Shown: piece by piece, positions 13,051 through 24,977 of the stretch
Layout of the letters: each line of letters begins with the position of its first letter
Position numbering within the stretch: position 1 is the first letter of the stretch
Source of the DNA: Vicugna vicugna
Lineage: Eukaryota
Length of the DNA: 64,000 nucleotides
Assembly: GCA_013265495.1 (NCBI GenBank)
Contig: MU058478.1
Span: forward strand, 585,349 to 649,348
Direction of reading: 5' to 3'
Made by a program: the position numbers and the translations under genes
Notes under the pieces: model-generated
What the model was told of the DNA's origin: nothing
Databases searched by the model: none
Seen by the model: the letters and a program-made list of their open reading frames with translations, nothing else

Positions 13051-13689
13051 AGAACAAAGCAACTGATCCCCCCCCCTTTTCTTTCAGAAAAGAAGTGAGG
13101 ACTCTTCACTTCACAGAAATGGAGGCTCAAGGTTTATTCTGTCCGCGTGCTTCCCTCTCACCTCCGCCCAGAATGCACCTGCTCAGGGGCGTGGGGTTGG
13201 GAAGCCCCTCTACTGCCCCAAGTCTTTTCTGCCACAAGTCAACCTCTATTTCGTGTTCCTTCCCTCCTGCTCCTTGTCTAAAATCATGTATAATTATGCA
13301 TCCACGTCCCTGCTGATGGAGACTGATGCTCAGCCGTCTTGGGTACCACTGTGTCCTTCCTGATCAGAACCATTCCTGACCCATCGTTGGCCCTCAGTAA
13401 CATCTGTTGAATGAACAAGTCAGTCCTTAAACAGCCACCGGAGATTAGGGACCTGGAGGCAGCTTCTAAAAGGCCAAGAAGGTGACACGCAGGTGGCACC
13501 CCTGACATTCAGCTCTGACATCCCCTGGTTCCAATTCATTGTACCTGCCCTCCCCCCTTGTCACCCTGACTCCTCTTTCCACGGAATGAGCTGCCTTGCG
13601 TCTTGTGGGTACTTAATTCCAAATGGCCTGCCAGAGCTCACCGCTTTGATGGGAAGCTATCGGTCCCCAGAGGCTCATGCAGACTCAAG

Positions 13690-13785
13690 NNNNNNNNNNN
13701 NNNNNNNNNNNNNNNNNNNNNNNNNNNNNNNNNNNNNNNNNNNNNNNNNNNNNNNNNNNNNNNNNNNNNNNNNNNNNNNNNNNNN
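13690..13785. other. assembly gap (96 N)
   Basis: Run of N. Confidence 1.
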
Positions 13786-14033
13786 ACTCTCATTTATATT
13801 AAATATTAAGTGATTTGCCTCTAACTGATAAATGATTAATCAATTTCCCTTTCCAGTGTGCTTTTAAAAATGCAGCTAGAAATCTCTACTTGCAGCTTAA
13901 AATAAGTTATTTTCAAATAGGACAGGCAGTAGTTATTTTGCAATGGAATGAAGATCATCGGGGAAAGAGGCCTTAGATGGGCCTTACTGAAAACCTCCGT
14001 GTTAGTCCCAGCAAAGGTCTGAGGAGTCCCACC

Positions 14034-14130
14034 AAGTGTCACCAAGTCTAAACTCATTCTGCTTACCGCACATCAGGTCAATAAACCAGGAGACAAGGTG
14101 TTAGGGGCAAGGAATAACGATGTTATTCTG
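14034..14130 (-). mobile_element. ERV1-type LTR fragment (U5/R end)
   Basis: TGTCACCAAGTCTAAACTCATTCTGCTTACCGCAC...GAGACAAGGTGTTAGGGGCAAGGAATAACGATGTTATTC, related to the start of the LTR at 16039. Confidence 0.6.
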
Positions 14131-14134
14131 TGCC

Positions 14135-14410
14135 CGAGTCAGAATCCAGGTTCCTTCCATCTTCCTGCTCCATCATCCCAGAACAGAGCACCAATCTTCA
14201 AGGTGACTTCATGGTCCAAGATGGCTGCGGGGGCCCAGCCATCTCAACTGCATTCCTCGTAGCGGGAAGACCTGGACTTGTTCCTTGATGGTGATTTCTA
14301 AACATTCTTACACGTTTAACCGGCAAAAGCTCTTCCATGGTCCTGCCAGCAGAAACCAATATGTCATGTTGGTAGAAAGAAGGGACAACTGACATGGGAG
14401 GCAACCAGGA
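14135..14410. mobile_element. MaLR LTR fragment (MLT1-type)
   Basis: CCAGGTTCCTTCCATCTT...TCATGGTCCAAGATGGCTGC...CCAGCCATC is a characteristic MLT1J/K-like string. Confidence 0.6.
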
Positions 14411-16038
14411 GTCAGTGACGCTTGATCTGTTAATACCCTTAGCATGTCATTTAAATTATTTGCTTACAGGAGTCTTATTTCAAGATTTTGAGGTCCTTCT
14501 TTACAGTGTCAGTAGAATCTAATTCAATGCCTTGGCACCTAGGAGACATTCAGTTTACTGAAGGAGCGATTAAAAGAACGAATAAATAATTTAATCAGCA
14601 AACAGATGTTTGAAATCAAAAGAGAGACATTTTGCAAATGTACTTCTATGGTCTCATTCTACTTGAGTGTTTTTTTTTCTTTCAATTATTGAATCTAATA
14701 TTTAATTACCATTTAAAGTTTAACAAATTACTCAGCAGGAGATCTGAGATTATTCTGACATTTCAAACAGAGAGATTTTTTTCTTTGCTAACATTATAGA
14801 ACTATAAATTTTCATTAGTTAGGTTTGCCCATTCTCTAATGTGAATGTGGGATTTTGTTTTTCTTTTCAAAGGTTAATTATGTTTTTCAAATATCTACTT
14901 TTTTCCTGACTCCCAGAGTACAATATTTAAACATAGTGACCTCATTCTTTTCCATATTTTAGCAGCATTTATTCTAATCTTGCTGCTGAAAAGATTTGAA
15001 CATAATGCTCCAAATCTAACCCGGTTGCTTTCAAACGATACTGACTTACATTTATTTTGAAATTCTAAAGCTTCTGCCAGAAGATGTTACTTCTTTTCTA
15101 ACACAAACAGGTGCATTTTATTGAAACTCTCAGCTATAAATAAATGGGTGAAGGCAAAGCCTAGATTCTCCCAAATCTGTAGGTTTTGAAAAACACAAGT
15201 GTCGAGGGCTACACTGCAGATGTATTTTGATTTGAAATTAATTGCTGATTTCAATCCCACGGCTTTTATCATCTGCGCATCTTCAGCTCGCAATGACCTT
15301 GGAAATGTGACAAATTCCATGCCTCATTAAGCACTTTAAATAATTAATAGTTGATTATTTTCTCCGTTAAGGTGGCCTCGTTTATAATTCTGTCTCAACC
15401 AGGGGATTGGCCTTTAGGCTGAAATGAAGTTGCATTTCTATTTAGAAAGTAGTTCTTTACTTAGAAAGTAACAAACGGCGCTTTGTAAGGGGCGAGAGGC
15501 TGGCCCAGTGTTATATAAACTTTAAGTGAAGAGATCGGTAATGATTGTAATAATGCAGCATTCAAATTGGGGATTTTAGTGGCTGACCCCCCGGGACCCT
15601 TTGCAAAGACACTGGTTGTAACTCAGTAAACCAGACACACCCCACACCCAGCTCCTGCTCTTCCTCTGAACAGGGAGGGAGCAGTGGCCACGTGGGAGCC
15701 AGACCACAGGCAGGACCGCCCTTCCACCTGCCGGCCACCAACAAGGGGCTGGACATCCTTTCTCTGCGCCTCCCTCCCTCTAGTACTGAGCCGGACCTGG
15801 AGAGCTTTGAGAGCAGGATTTTGCAGAAGGGGCTGAGAGTCTCCAGTTCAGCGGTAAAGTGGCCAAATTACACCCACCTCCAAAGGCGTCTTCAGTGAGC
15901 TGCCACGTAAGCCTTTGCCACTGGTGGAGTTCACCCTTCAGAGAAAAGGACAAGAAAGGAAGGTGATCCTGGAGACAGGTCCTAATGGCAGAGGAAGGGA
16001 CAGGAAAGAAAGCCACTGCTGGAGAGACGTCCAGACAT

Positions 16039-16464
16039 TGTTTCTGAAGCAGGTTCATGTGCCCGCTGCACCCTGAGGCCAAGCAAGCTGAAACCTGAGT
16101 TTGGGGCAGAGAAAGGCTGATCGCAAGAACGGGGTGGCTCATGTCTAAGGAAACCCCAAACTCACTGAAGGGTTTCAGCAAAGCATATTTAAGAGCCAGG
16201 TGAGGTGGGGGGTCTCAGGGTGCGTGACCCGCTCGTGCACAAGCCTCTGATTGGTCGACATGGCAAACAAGGGGTCAACACCATCACCCACCAGGCGCCA
16301 GAAGGTCCAGGGGCCATGTGTCCTCCATCATCAAGTAGTTGATGTCTTCCCTTTGGGGGTGGTTTTGAGCACCTGAAACACTCAGGAAATACACATGAGG
16401 TGCTATGGCCTGGGTCCTTCAGGGAGGAGCTGCAGGGGAGGCCACGGGGTCCTGCTCGGTGACA
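16039..16464 (-). mobile_element. solo ERV1-type LTR
   Basis: TG...CA termini (TGTTTCTGAAGCAGG...CTGCTCGGTGACA), flanked by ACAT/ATAT as a 4-bp TSD with one mismatch. Shares sequence with the LTR at 54210-54670. Confidence 0.8.
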
Positions 16465-18889
16465 ATATCACGGTCACCTGTAGCAAAATCAGATTTTATG
16501 AAGCCCCAAACACAAATTCACCCCCTCCCCAGCTGGGCATCAGGCAAATCTTCCTTTTAAGCAAGATCCCCACCTCGATTATTCGTCTCCCAAGTCCCCA
16601 CGGCTGAAGGTCAAAACCCAACTTCAGGACGGCCAACCCATCTTTCCACTGAAGCAAAGCGTTGCCCACTAGTCTGGCTTCTGGTCAGTCTCATCAAGGA
16701 CCTGCCCATCTCCCTTTAAGTGAATCCAAAATTATGGGGAACATTGCAGGGAATCAGCCGCACCGTGGTGATTTGGGGTCCACACGACCATCCGGGGGAC
16801 TCAACCTGGAATGGACACCCCCAGTGGCCGGGAAGGTTTCCCATGAGTGAAGGGAGAGAGGAGCTGGCTTGCCGAATTTGACGATCATATTCACAGAAAG
16901 CTCACGCGATCCTCTTAGCTGTCCGGTAGGGGACGCACGACCATCTCCAGTTTCCAAATTGGGACGTGGTGTCTTAGAGAGGTTTCAGCTGAACAGTCAT
17001 AATATTTATCTAAGTACGTGGCAGGGACTCTGCAATTCCGAAGGATGTGGGAATGGTCGGTGAAGAAGAAAGGGAAAATGTGGCTTAAGAATTAAATAAA
17101 CCAATTGCACATAGTGTACCTCTTGCAAACGGATGGTGAGATGGCGGAATGAAAGGCAGAAAGGCTGGAAATGCAGCTTTCAGCCTGTTGTTCTCAGAGG
17201 GAAATTTTCAGTCCAGGAATCAGAGGGGTTCCTACCCGCTCCTCTAAGAACCCCAAGGCATCCTTGGACCTGCAGGTTGCGAAGCATCCTTCCGATCGTG
17301 TAGCCGGTCCAATGTATTGTCTGCCAGTCTGGCAGGGGGTTAGCTGAAAGGCTGATTGAAATGTCGAGAGTGCTCAAAACCTCATTCCTCCCCTTGGCCC
17401 TTGTGGACGTGCCAGGCTCTGCAGGTGGATCGACTTCCACCCCGTGATGCGGGAAACATATAAATCTTGGTGCCCTGGAAGCCTTCAGGGAGGTATTGAC
17501 TTTTTAAGGATGTCATTATTTTATGAATGATCACCGTGCTTTAAGCCTTTCCGCGTGATATTTCATGGTGAGTTATGATGCTCCACTGCATGCGTATTTG
17601 TGTGGATCCGTTCGTCCCCAGAAAGTTCCAGCGCAGACAGAGTCAGTGTCTTCCTGCCAGACCGTCTGTGATGGAAGTCAGGGCACGGGGACACCTGATC
17701 CTGAGGAAGCAGTGGTGACGTTGGGAACATACATTTGGACTCTTTCTTAACCCGACTCAGGCTTGCAAATAGATGGATTTATTGCAAGGATGAGCATGTC
17801 AGCACGCTGGCAGCTGACAGACCGCAGGGAACCCCGACAGCTTTCTCTTATTCTCACCTCTGCTTCTTTCTCTGCATCTGCTTTTTCCTCTCTCCTTCTG
17901 TAGAATAGTTTTTTTTATCCCACATTAAATGGTGGAAAATTTGATGGTTGCTTTTTGTGTATCTTCTATGCAAACAATTTTTAAAAAATGCCAGCCAGGG
18001 TTGAACTGCAAATTGCTGGCTCCAGCTCGCATTTCCAGGAAGGGGTTCAGATGTAGCTCAAGTCGGGGGACCCAGCCCTAGGGTCAGCCACCCACCGTGG
18101 ACGCCACGGGGCAGGGGAGGCTGGAAGCATCACCTTATACCCACCTGTGTCCCACGAGCAGGGATTTTGACCATGAAAGGGGCTCACTTAACAAAAATGC
18201 CAAATATGAGTTGTTTCTGCAAAAGATGGGTGCCCTGAGTATGACGGCGCCCAATTTTCATCTTCTCCCTTCACACAAAACGATCGAAATGCAGAAAGGA
18301 AATCAGAAATAGGAGGAGGCTTGCAAAGAGCTGAAATGAGGGGAAAGAAACGGGAAAGAATGTGAAACATCAACCCCTTGTGTCTGAGGGTGACCACGTG
18401 GCTAAATTTTCCTGGTGAATTTTGACAGGAAATCCTGGCGGAATCCCAAATTTGAAAGGCCGAGGGTGGGAGCCAAAGACGAGTTCAGAAGTCATTGTTT
18501 CATAGGAATCCTCTGTGTTCTCCAGAGACTCTCAGTGGAAGGAAATGGCTAAGCAAAGCCACGATGCAGCTGGACCAACCGTGCAAGTGTGGGGAGCATT
18601 CTGGGGGGACCCTCACCCCCACCCTGGGGTGTATTTTCTCAACTGAAAGGCGTATCTTCCTATAATGTCTGGACAGCCCACCGAACTCCTCTGGCCACAG
18701 GCGAGAGCAGAAGCAGATGGGTACACAAAGATGTTGTGCAAGAAGAACCCATCTGTATGGCCACGGGGCAAACGGGACATGGGAATGCGTTTGCTGCAGA
18801 ATTTCACTCGGGAAAGTATTTCATTATGAGCATCTATGAAAAGCTGCGAATCAAAAAGAGCAAACATGCAGATCATCATTATCCCCTTA

Positions 18890-19330
18890 ACGAATGCCAC
18901 CAAGAACAGGAAAATAACTGTGCCAAATGGCGTGGCTTCAAGCAGGAAGGATTTATTCAGCTCATGAGCCCTGCAGATCGGGGGGAAATCCTAGACGTCA
19001 CTTCTAGGCCTGGTGGGGACATGCCTGTGTCTCCAGGTTGGCTGGCTGGCAGCTGGGATGCTGGATGTGGCTCGCCATGTGTGTCTGAACACCCAGCCCA
19101 GCTCCAGTGGACCTTTTCCCTGGACACAGAAATCCCAGAGCCCCCGAGGCTCAGACTCAGAAAAACACAGGTGACCGTGGCTTCCACATGGACTCAGCAA
19201 AGCAACGGACAAGCCCCGCCCAGACCCACAGCCTGGAGAACAGATCCCACCTCTCAGGGGTCAGAGCTACAAGGTGACATTGCAAAGGGCGTGGAAAATC
19301 AGACTGTGCTTTGCCATCAATATACCACGA
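18890..19330. mobile_element. MaLR LTR (MLT1-type)
   Basis: GGAGAACAGATCCCACCTCTCAGGGGTCAGAGCTACAAGGTGACATTGCAAAGGGCGTGGA matches the recalled MLT1H/I-like terminus. Upstream TGGCTTCAAGCAGGAAGGATTTATT also fits. Confidence 0.65.
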
Positions 19331-19733
19331 CATAAAGACATTGAAATGACATCTTTACAAAAAAAAAAAAGTTTATTGTCAGATTTAACTGGTAGAAAAT
19401 ATCTACTTGTTCTGCAAGGCATATAAAGGAAATATGGATTCCTGAGAGTAAAAATAGATAAAAGAGAGATTAAGTCAAGAGACAGATTTAAAAAAAAATA
19501 AAAAGGAGGCTGACTTAAGGAAAAAAATTTAATGTTGTCACACCATAATTTAAGATGCCTATAAAAAGAGATGTGAATTATAGTTGATGGAAAGAACTGA
19601 GCTTAAAGAGGTCAGGTCTGGGGGGGTCTCTCTACCAAAGACAGACAGAGGACAGATGTGAGTAATAGTCAGAGGGTAAAAGACAGAAAGGAGTCCCAAG
19701 GTCAGAGCTGTCACGTCCTCAGAAAGCTCCTGA

Positions 19734-19846
19734 NNNNNNNNNNNNNNNNNNNNNNNNNNNNNNNNNNNNNNNNNNNNNNNNNNNNNNNNNNNNNNNNNNN
19801 NNNNNNNNNNNNNNNNNNNNNNNNNNNNNNNNNNNNNNNNNNNNNN
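19734..19846. other. assembly gap (113 N)
   Basis: Run of N. Confidence 1.
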
Positions 19847-20369
19847 GAATGTGATTGCAACGCCCTTCCCTTCAAACGTCCCTTGCGCGCCTGCCGTGCA
19901 GTGGTGACAGCAGGACCATAAAAAAATAAGCATCACTCTCTTTAAGGACAATCGGGCAAGATTAATTCAAAAGGGCTCACCGTGTAGTTACGCCAACATG
20001 CGTAATTCAGAGAACGCTAACAAGCCTTCTTTAAGGGAAAACATGGTGCGTTCACCCCCCTTGGATCCATCTGAAAAATGAGTGAGTGAGCATGGACACA
20101 AATCATCCTTTTCTTCTGGCAAAACTTCAACCGGAAAGCGATAAAATAAATTATCGATTAAGGTCTGGAGCGATGCTTCATGACGAATAAGGACCTGGAA
20201 ATTGAAGTGTGTCCTCACAAAGCTGCGTCCTGTTTTGATCCCTCGGCTCAGATGTCAGCAAATTCCCTCCACCTGGCAAATATGATGCGAATTAACTTAG
20301 TCAGATATTTAATGCCCCTGATGTACTAATTCTAAATTCTCTCTCCCCAAAATCTCCTCATGCTCTAGC

Positions 20370-20670
20370 ACAGCACGGTCCACGGAAATATCACCCACAC
20401 CTGTCATTTTTAATATCCTAGTAGCCACATTGGAAAGAAACAGATCAAACTCATTTTTGTCACTTTTATTTAACCCAGTATACCCAAAATATAATTGCTT
20501 CAACATGTGAGCAATATAAAAAAATAAATGGTATATTTTAACTTGTTTATACCAACTCTTCTGTATCCAATGTGTATTTTGCACTTGCAGCTCATCTCCG
20601 TTCGGACCAGCCACATTTTGAGTGGCCAGTGGCACCCGTGGCTGGAGGCTGACCACGTTGGGCCACGGAG
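20370..20670. mobile_element. MER33-like hAT-Charlie DNA transposon
   Basis: CAGCACGGTCCACGGAAATAT...CTAGTAGCCACATT...TTTATTTAACCCAGTATACCCAAAATAT...TGTGTATTTTGCACTTGCAGC...AGCCACATTTTGAGTG follows the recalled MER33 consensus over its length. Confidence 0.8.
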
Positions 20671-20814
20671 CCCCGGTGGAACCACTGATCTGATTTATCC
20701 TCCTTCCACATCTTCGCTGATTGCACAGCCTGTGTCTCCAAACGCCATATGTTGTAGATGCTGAAACAGTGCCCAACATGCTCAGGAACCTCTCCTATGG
20801 GAATTCCCTTTGCA

Positions 20815-21025
20815 ATAGATTAAAAAAAAATGACTTCTGTGCAGCACAGGGAACCATATTCAATATCTTGTAATAACCTTTGATGGAAAAGAATATGAAA
20901 ATGGACATATGTATGTGTATGTATGATGGGGACATGGTGCTGTGCACCAGAAATGGACAAATTGTAAGTGACTGTACTTCAATTTAAGAAACATCGTAAC
21001 TGACTACACTTCAATTAAAAACAAA
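20815..21025 (+). mobile_element. short L1 3' end with doubled terminus
   Basis: TGCAGCACAGGGAACCATATTCAATATCTTGTAATAACC...GCTGTGCACCAGAAAT. The terminal motif TGTAA.TGACT..ACTTCAATT occurs twice. Confidence 0.85.
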
Positions 21026-22426
21026 ATTCTTTTTGCATCGGATCCCGTGGTCCCCCAACCAAAAGACAGAGCATTTTAGGTCCGAGAGGTCTTTGCTGAT
21101 GTTCTAGTTCGTCTTTGCTCGCTCACAGTCATGTGGGTTGTGACTGACGTGGCCGCCTCTGGGATGCACCGCCTCCTGGTCAGTCTCACGACCCAGCACC
21201 GCCGCCGACATCACCTCCCGCGTCTGCAGCTTCTCGTGTGGGAGGCAGGAACTGCAGATTCTGCATCTTGGCGACCCCTCCCCGATCCCCTCCCTGCTAC
21301 CTGCTAGCACAGCATGCATTGTTTTTTTCACATCGTTAACCATTTTCCTTGGAAGAACAGGATCCATAAAAGTGAGCAGGTTGGTGTCTCCCAGCGCGCT
21401 GCTAGAACCAGCTTTCACACCTTTGCAGATGGTGTAGGAATGGAATATTCCATGACACACACCCCCCACCCCCGACTCCTGTGGTGCAGATCGCAGAGGT
21501 CGTGAAAGGCCAAACTGACAAAAATAAACTGCAGGAAAGAGGAAACTCACAAGGCCCAGTGAGTGAGCAGAAACCTGACAAATGATCTCCGCTGGGAGGA
21601 AGGGTTATGGTAACACATCCAAAAAGAAAATCTATGCGATTTATGAAATGATGCGCTCCGAAAAACTCTCATCTTCAGGGCAATAAGGGAGCTAGAAAGA
21701 AGCCAGCTGCTCCTTAACCACAACATGGCCATCGGATGCTAAGTTAGCTTGAAAAAGCTGGTAACATTGACCCCCAAGCAGTCAAGAATTAGAAACGTAA
21801 GACCAGCCAGCTGCAGAGGGGTTAGCAGAAACACAGGAGAAGCCAGGAGTCGGAAATCCAGAGGTGGACGTGCTTCTGGGGGATGGGACCGGCCCTGGAG
21901 GACGGAGGAGGGAACACAGGTGACAGAAGGATCGCCAGTCCTGCAGAGAGGGAGCAGACACGTGAGCAGGAGGAGGGCTGACTTCCTGGTGAGGGAGGCC
22001 GTGAGGACCCAGAGGGGATCTGAACGCCCAGTGACACCCCCCCAGGGCTGCAAAGCCGAGGGGAGGGGCGGTCTGTGCAGCACTGGCGTTGCAGACTTGG
22101 TGACTTCGGAAGAGCGGGCTGCACCCCATTCTCTTAGCCAGGTGGCCATGCTGGCTGCTGATCACCAGGCAGGAGGGCAAAGTCCAAGGTCACAGACTGA
22201 GCTCCAAATTCTGCATCCAGGCACAGGAGCAGCGTCTGAGGCGCACGGGTCTTTCCATGACATTCCTCTGCGATCACATAAGAGCTCTACTTACATGGTC
22301 AGATGGCAGGTTTTTTCAGACAATACAATATAATATTGTATCTCCTCTTTGCATTTATAATGCAACTCACTTCAACAATTCCTGCATCTTTCTCCTCTGA
22401 TGCCACACACTGTTAAGAATGAAAGA

Positions 22427-22583
22427 ACGCGTAGCCATAAGGTTGTTTACTACATCTGGGAGTCTCTTTCTGCTTTGTAAAGTTCATAGTGTCCTTTTTT
22501 TTTTTTTTAGATTCCACTTATGAGTATTTTTTTTTCTGGCTACATTGTCACTGACTACACTTCAATTAAAAAAAATTGTTTTC
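22427..22583 (+). mobile_element. tiny L1 insertion with 5' inversion
   Basis: TSD AAGAATGAAAGA at 22415-22426 and 22584-22595. A minus-strand L1 3' UTR piece is joined to the plus-strand terminus ACATTGTCACTGACTACACTTCAATTAAAAAAAA. Confidence 0.85.
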
Positions 22584-22718
22584 AAGAATGAAAGAGTGGG
22601 TACTGATGCTTTTTCAAAATATACAAGACAGTGAATGTCCTGTATAAAACCATTGTATACATTAACTTGCTCCCTCAAATCATTTTTTTTTTCTTTCTTG
22701 GTTAAAAAAAGGGCAAAC

Positions 22719-22831
22719 TGTGACAATGAATATATAGATATATATGTTCATGTATGACTGAAAAATTGTGCTCTACACTGGAATTTGACACAACATTGTA
22801 AAATGATTATAAATCAATAAAAATATTTTTT
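22719..22831 (+). mobile_element. short L1 3' end with TSD
   Basis: TGTGACAATGAAT...ATGACTGAAAAATTGTGCTCTACACTGGAATTTGACACAACATTGT...AATAAAA, flanked by AAAAAAGGGCAAAC and AAAAAAGGCAAAC. Confidence 0.88.
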
Positions 22832-22899
22832 AAAAAAGGCAAACAGGAAAGCCATATTTCTACAACCGTGTATCAGTCTATTTTCAGTTTTGTATTTTT

Positions 22900-23059
22900 T
22901 TTATTTATTCTTTTTTTATTGTTTGTTTATTTTTTGTCTTTCGGGGGAAGGTAATTAGGTTTATTTCTTTACTTATTTATTTTAATGGAGACATGGGGAT
23001 GGAACCCAGGACCTCGTGCACGCCAGGCAGGTGCTCTGCCACTGAGCAACACCCTCCCC
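22900..23059 (-). mobile_element. tRNA-derived SINE (Vic-1-like) with TSD
   Basis: Reverse-strand SINE body. TSD TCAGTTTTGT(A/C)TTTTT at 22884-22899 and 23063-23078. Confidence 0.9.
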
Positions 23060-23079
23060 ACCTCAGTTTTGTCTTTTTG

Positions 23080-23725
23080 TTTCTTCTTTATTCGTTGAGA
23101 CAGGAAGTCTAGAACAGGCTGTATTTTCCTTCACCAGGTTGGAAGGTTCTGGTAAAATACTTTCTCTGAGGTCTGGCCCTGTTAATAGAAAATAGAATGT
23201 TCTGGGTGTGCTTCCAAATGGCTGCTTTTCTGGGGAGGGTGTCGCTCAGCGGCAGAGCACGTGCTTAGCAGGCAGGAGGTCCTGGGATCCATCCCCAGTC
23301 CTTCCACTAAAATAATACCTAAATCATTAAATAAACCTCATTACCGCCCCTCCATCCTCCAGAAGAAACCAAATGGCTACCTTTTCCTCCTCCGCCCAAA
23401 GCACGAAGGGAGTATTTTCTGACCTTTGCTGTGAAGCCAGATAATAAAACTCAAAGGATGGTGGGGACACCCCAGACCTCAGGGCTTTTGTGCTTAAACT
23501 TTTGCACCCCGTGCCGCCAGCAATTTCTTAATCACAATTTACACCGTCTTAGCCGGTACCTGTCCCTGGGAAGATGGCCCCTCCGGAGCATTTGTGCTGG
23601 CGAGCTGTGAGCCTCTGCTCCCACCTGCCTCGCTCTTCAATTTTGAGGGCAGTCACCCGCCCTGCATCCTCAGCTCCTAATGGATCTAAGAAGCGTTCTT
23701 GATTTTCAGTTTGTTCCCCTCTTTT
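23080..23725 (-). mobile_element. ancient L1M 5'-end fragment (hosts the SINE at 23232)
   Basis: TTCAATTTTGAGGGCAG...GCCCTGCATCCTCAG...TAATGGATCTAAGAAGCGTTCTTGATTTTCAGTTTGTTC resembles the recalled reverse strand of L1M4/L1MC-type 5' ends. Confidence 0.6.
23232..23368 (+). mobile_element. tRNA-derived SINE (Vic-1-like) with TSD
   Basis: GGGGAGGGTGTCGCTCAGCGGCAGAGCACGTGCTTAGC... TSD CCAAATGGCTGCTTTTC at 23214-23230 and CCAAATGGCTACCTTTTC at 23369-23386. Confidence 0.9.
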
Positions 23726-23740
23726 TTTTTTTTTTTGTGG

Positions 23741-23840
23741 NNNNNNNNNNNNNNNNNNNNNNNNNNNNNNNNNNNNNNNNNNNNNNNNNNNNNNNNNNNN
23801 NNNNNNNNNNNNNNNNNNNNNNNNNNNNNNNNNNNNNNNN
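23741..23840. other. assembly gap (100 N)
   Basis: Run of N directly after a poly-T tract. Confidence 1.
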
Positions 23841-24408
23841 TCACTGCTGTTGACACTGGAAGCTCTGGATGACACTTGCAGACCAGCACAAGAGACGAAA
23901 CGCATGTGGTTTTTAAAAAATTAAGCAGAATGTCCACTTCTGATAGATGTTTCTGAGTTAAGTATAGAAAATGCAGCAGAATTTTAACGTACTGTACACA
24001 TGGAAGACGACAACAGATTTGCTAACACGGATTTGAAAATAATCAAGACCATCCTTTACATCAGCAAGAAGAAATCAAAAGTATGTATCTAGGAACCTCA
24101 GCCCACAGAGAAAGTGCACTGCTCTCCGAAGACTTAATTCCTAAAACCTTAGAGTACAAGGAAAGAAAAATATATCCTTTATCCGCAAACTAACCTATAA
24201 GTGTATAACTTAATAAAATTGAATTAAAACCTCAGCTGGATTCCCTTCAAGTGCTCCAGAAAGGTTTTTTTTTTTAATTGTATGAAAGAAGTAAGATCCA
24301 TGAATAGATAAATTAGTCTTGAGGAAATAAGAGAGAATTTTTGTGATGCAAGAACTTAAGATAGGATATAATGTAGTAATAATAATTAATAATAATATTA
24401 TTTTTAAC

Positions 24409-24475
24409 AATAATAATGTGAAAATAATAACAATAATAATTGTAATATTATTGTTATTATTTTAACATTATTATT
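24409..24475. repeat. AT-rich inverted repeat (30-bp arms, 7-nt spacer)
   Basis: 24409-24438 is the reverse complement of 24446-24475 with one mismatch. Confidence 0.9.
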
Positions 24476-24708
24476 TTTTTAAATGATATCCTGGTGCCAA
24501 TTAAAATATAGACTCTTTTGGAATAGAAAGTCAGGCTTATAAATAAGTCCTCGTGAAACAGATAAAAGTCGGTCTATAATAAGTGTGGCACCAATGAGCC
24601 AATAATGAGAGGAAAATTAAGCTGAGTCTGTTCCTTCACAAACTACAAGGTGGATGCAGAATTCAAGACTTGAAAGGGAAAGACAGCTTAAAGCTAAGAG
24701 GTAAAAAT

Positions 24709-24977
24709 AGAGACAAATATCTTTGTGATCCAGAAGTGGGAAATTGCCTCTTTGGTCATATTAAACCCTCACGAACCATGAAGATCAAAAACTTGCTGGA
24801 AATTGCTTCAGTGAAATTCTAATTATGTGGTCAAGCAAGAGAGACAAATATCTTTGTGATCCGGAAGTGGGAACTTGTCTCTTTGGTCTTATTAAACCCT
24901 CACGAACCATGAAGACCAAAAACTTGCTGGAAATTGCTTCAGTGAAATTCTAATTATGTGGTCAAGCAAGAGAGACA
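24709..24977. repeat. tandem duplication, 131-bp unit x2
   Basis: AGAGACAAATATCTTTGTGATCC... at 24709 and 24840, five substitutions between copies, AGAGACA microhomology at the junctions. Confidence 0.95.

Noticed and set aside
18589..19335. 248-aa ORF, the longest gap-free ORF in the window
   Set aside because: Starts at GTG, has no recognisable domain, and its 3' half lies in an MLT1-type LTR. Likely a chance ORF.
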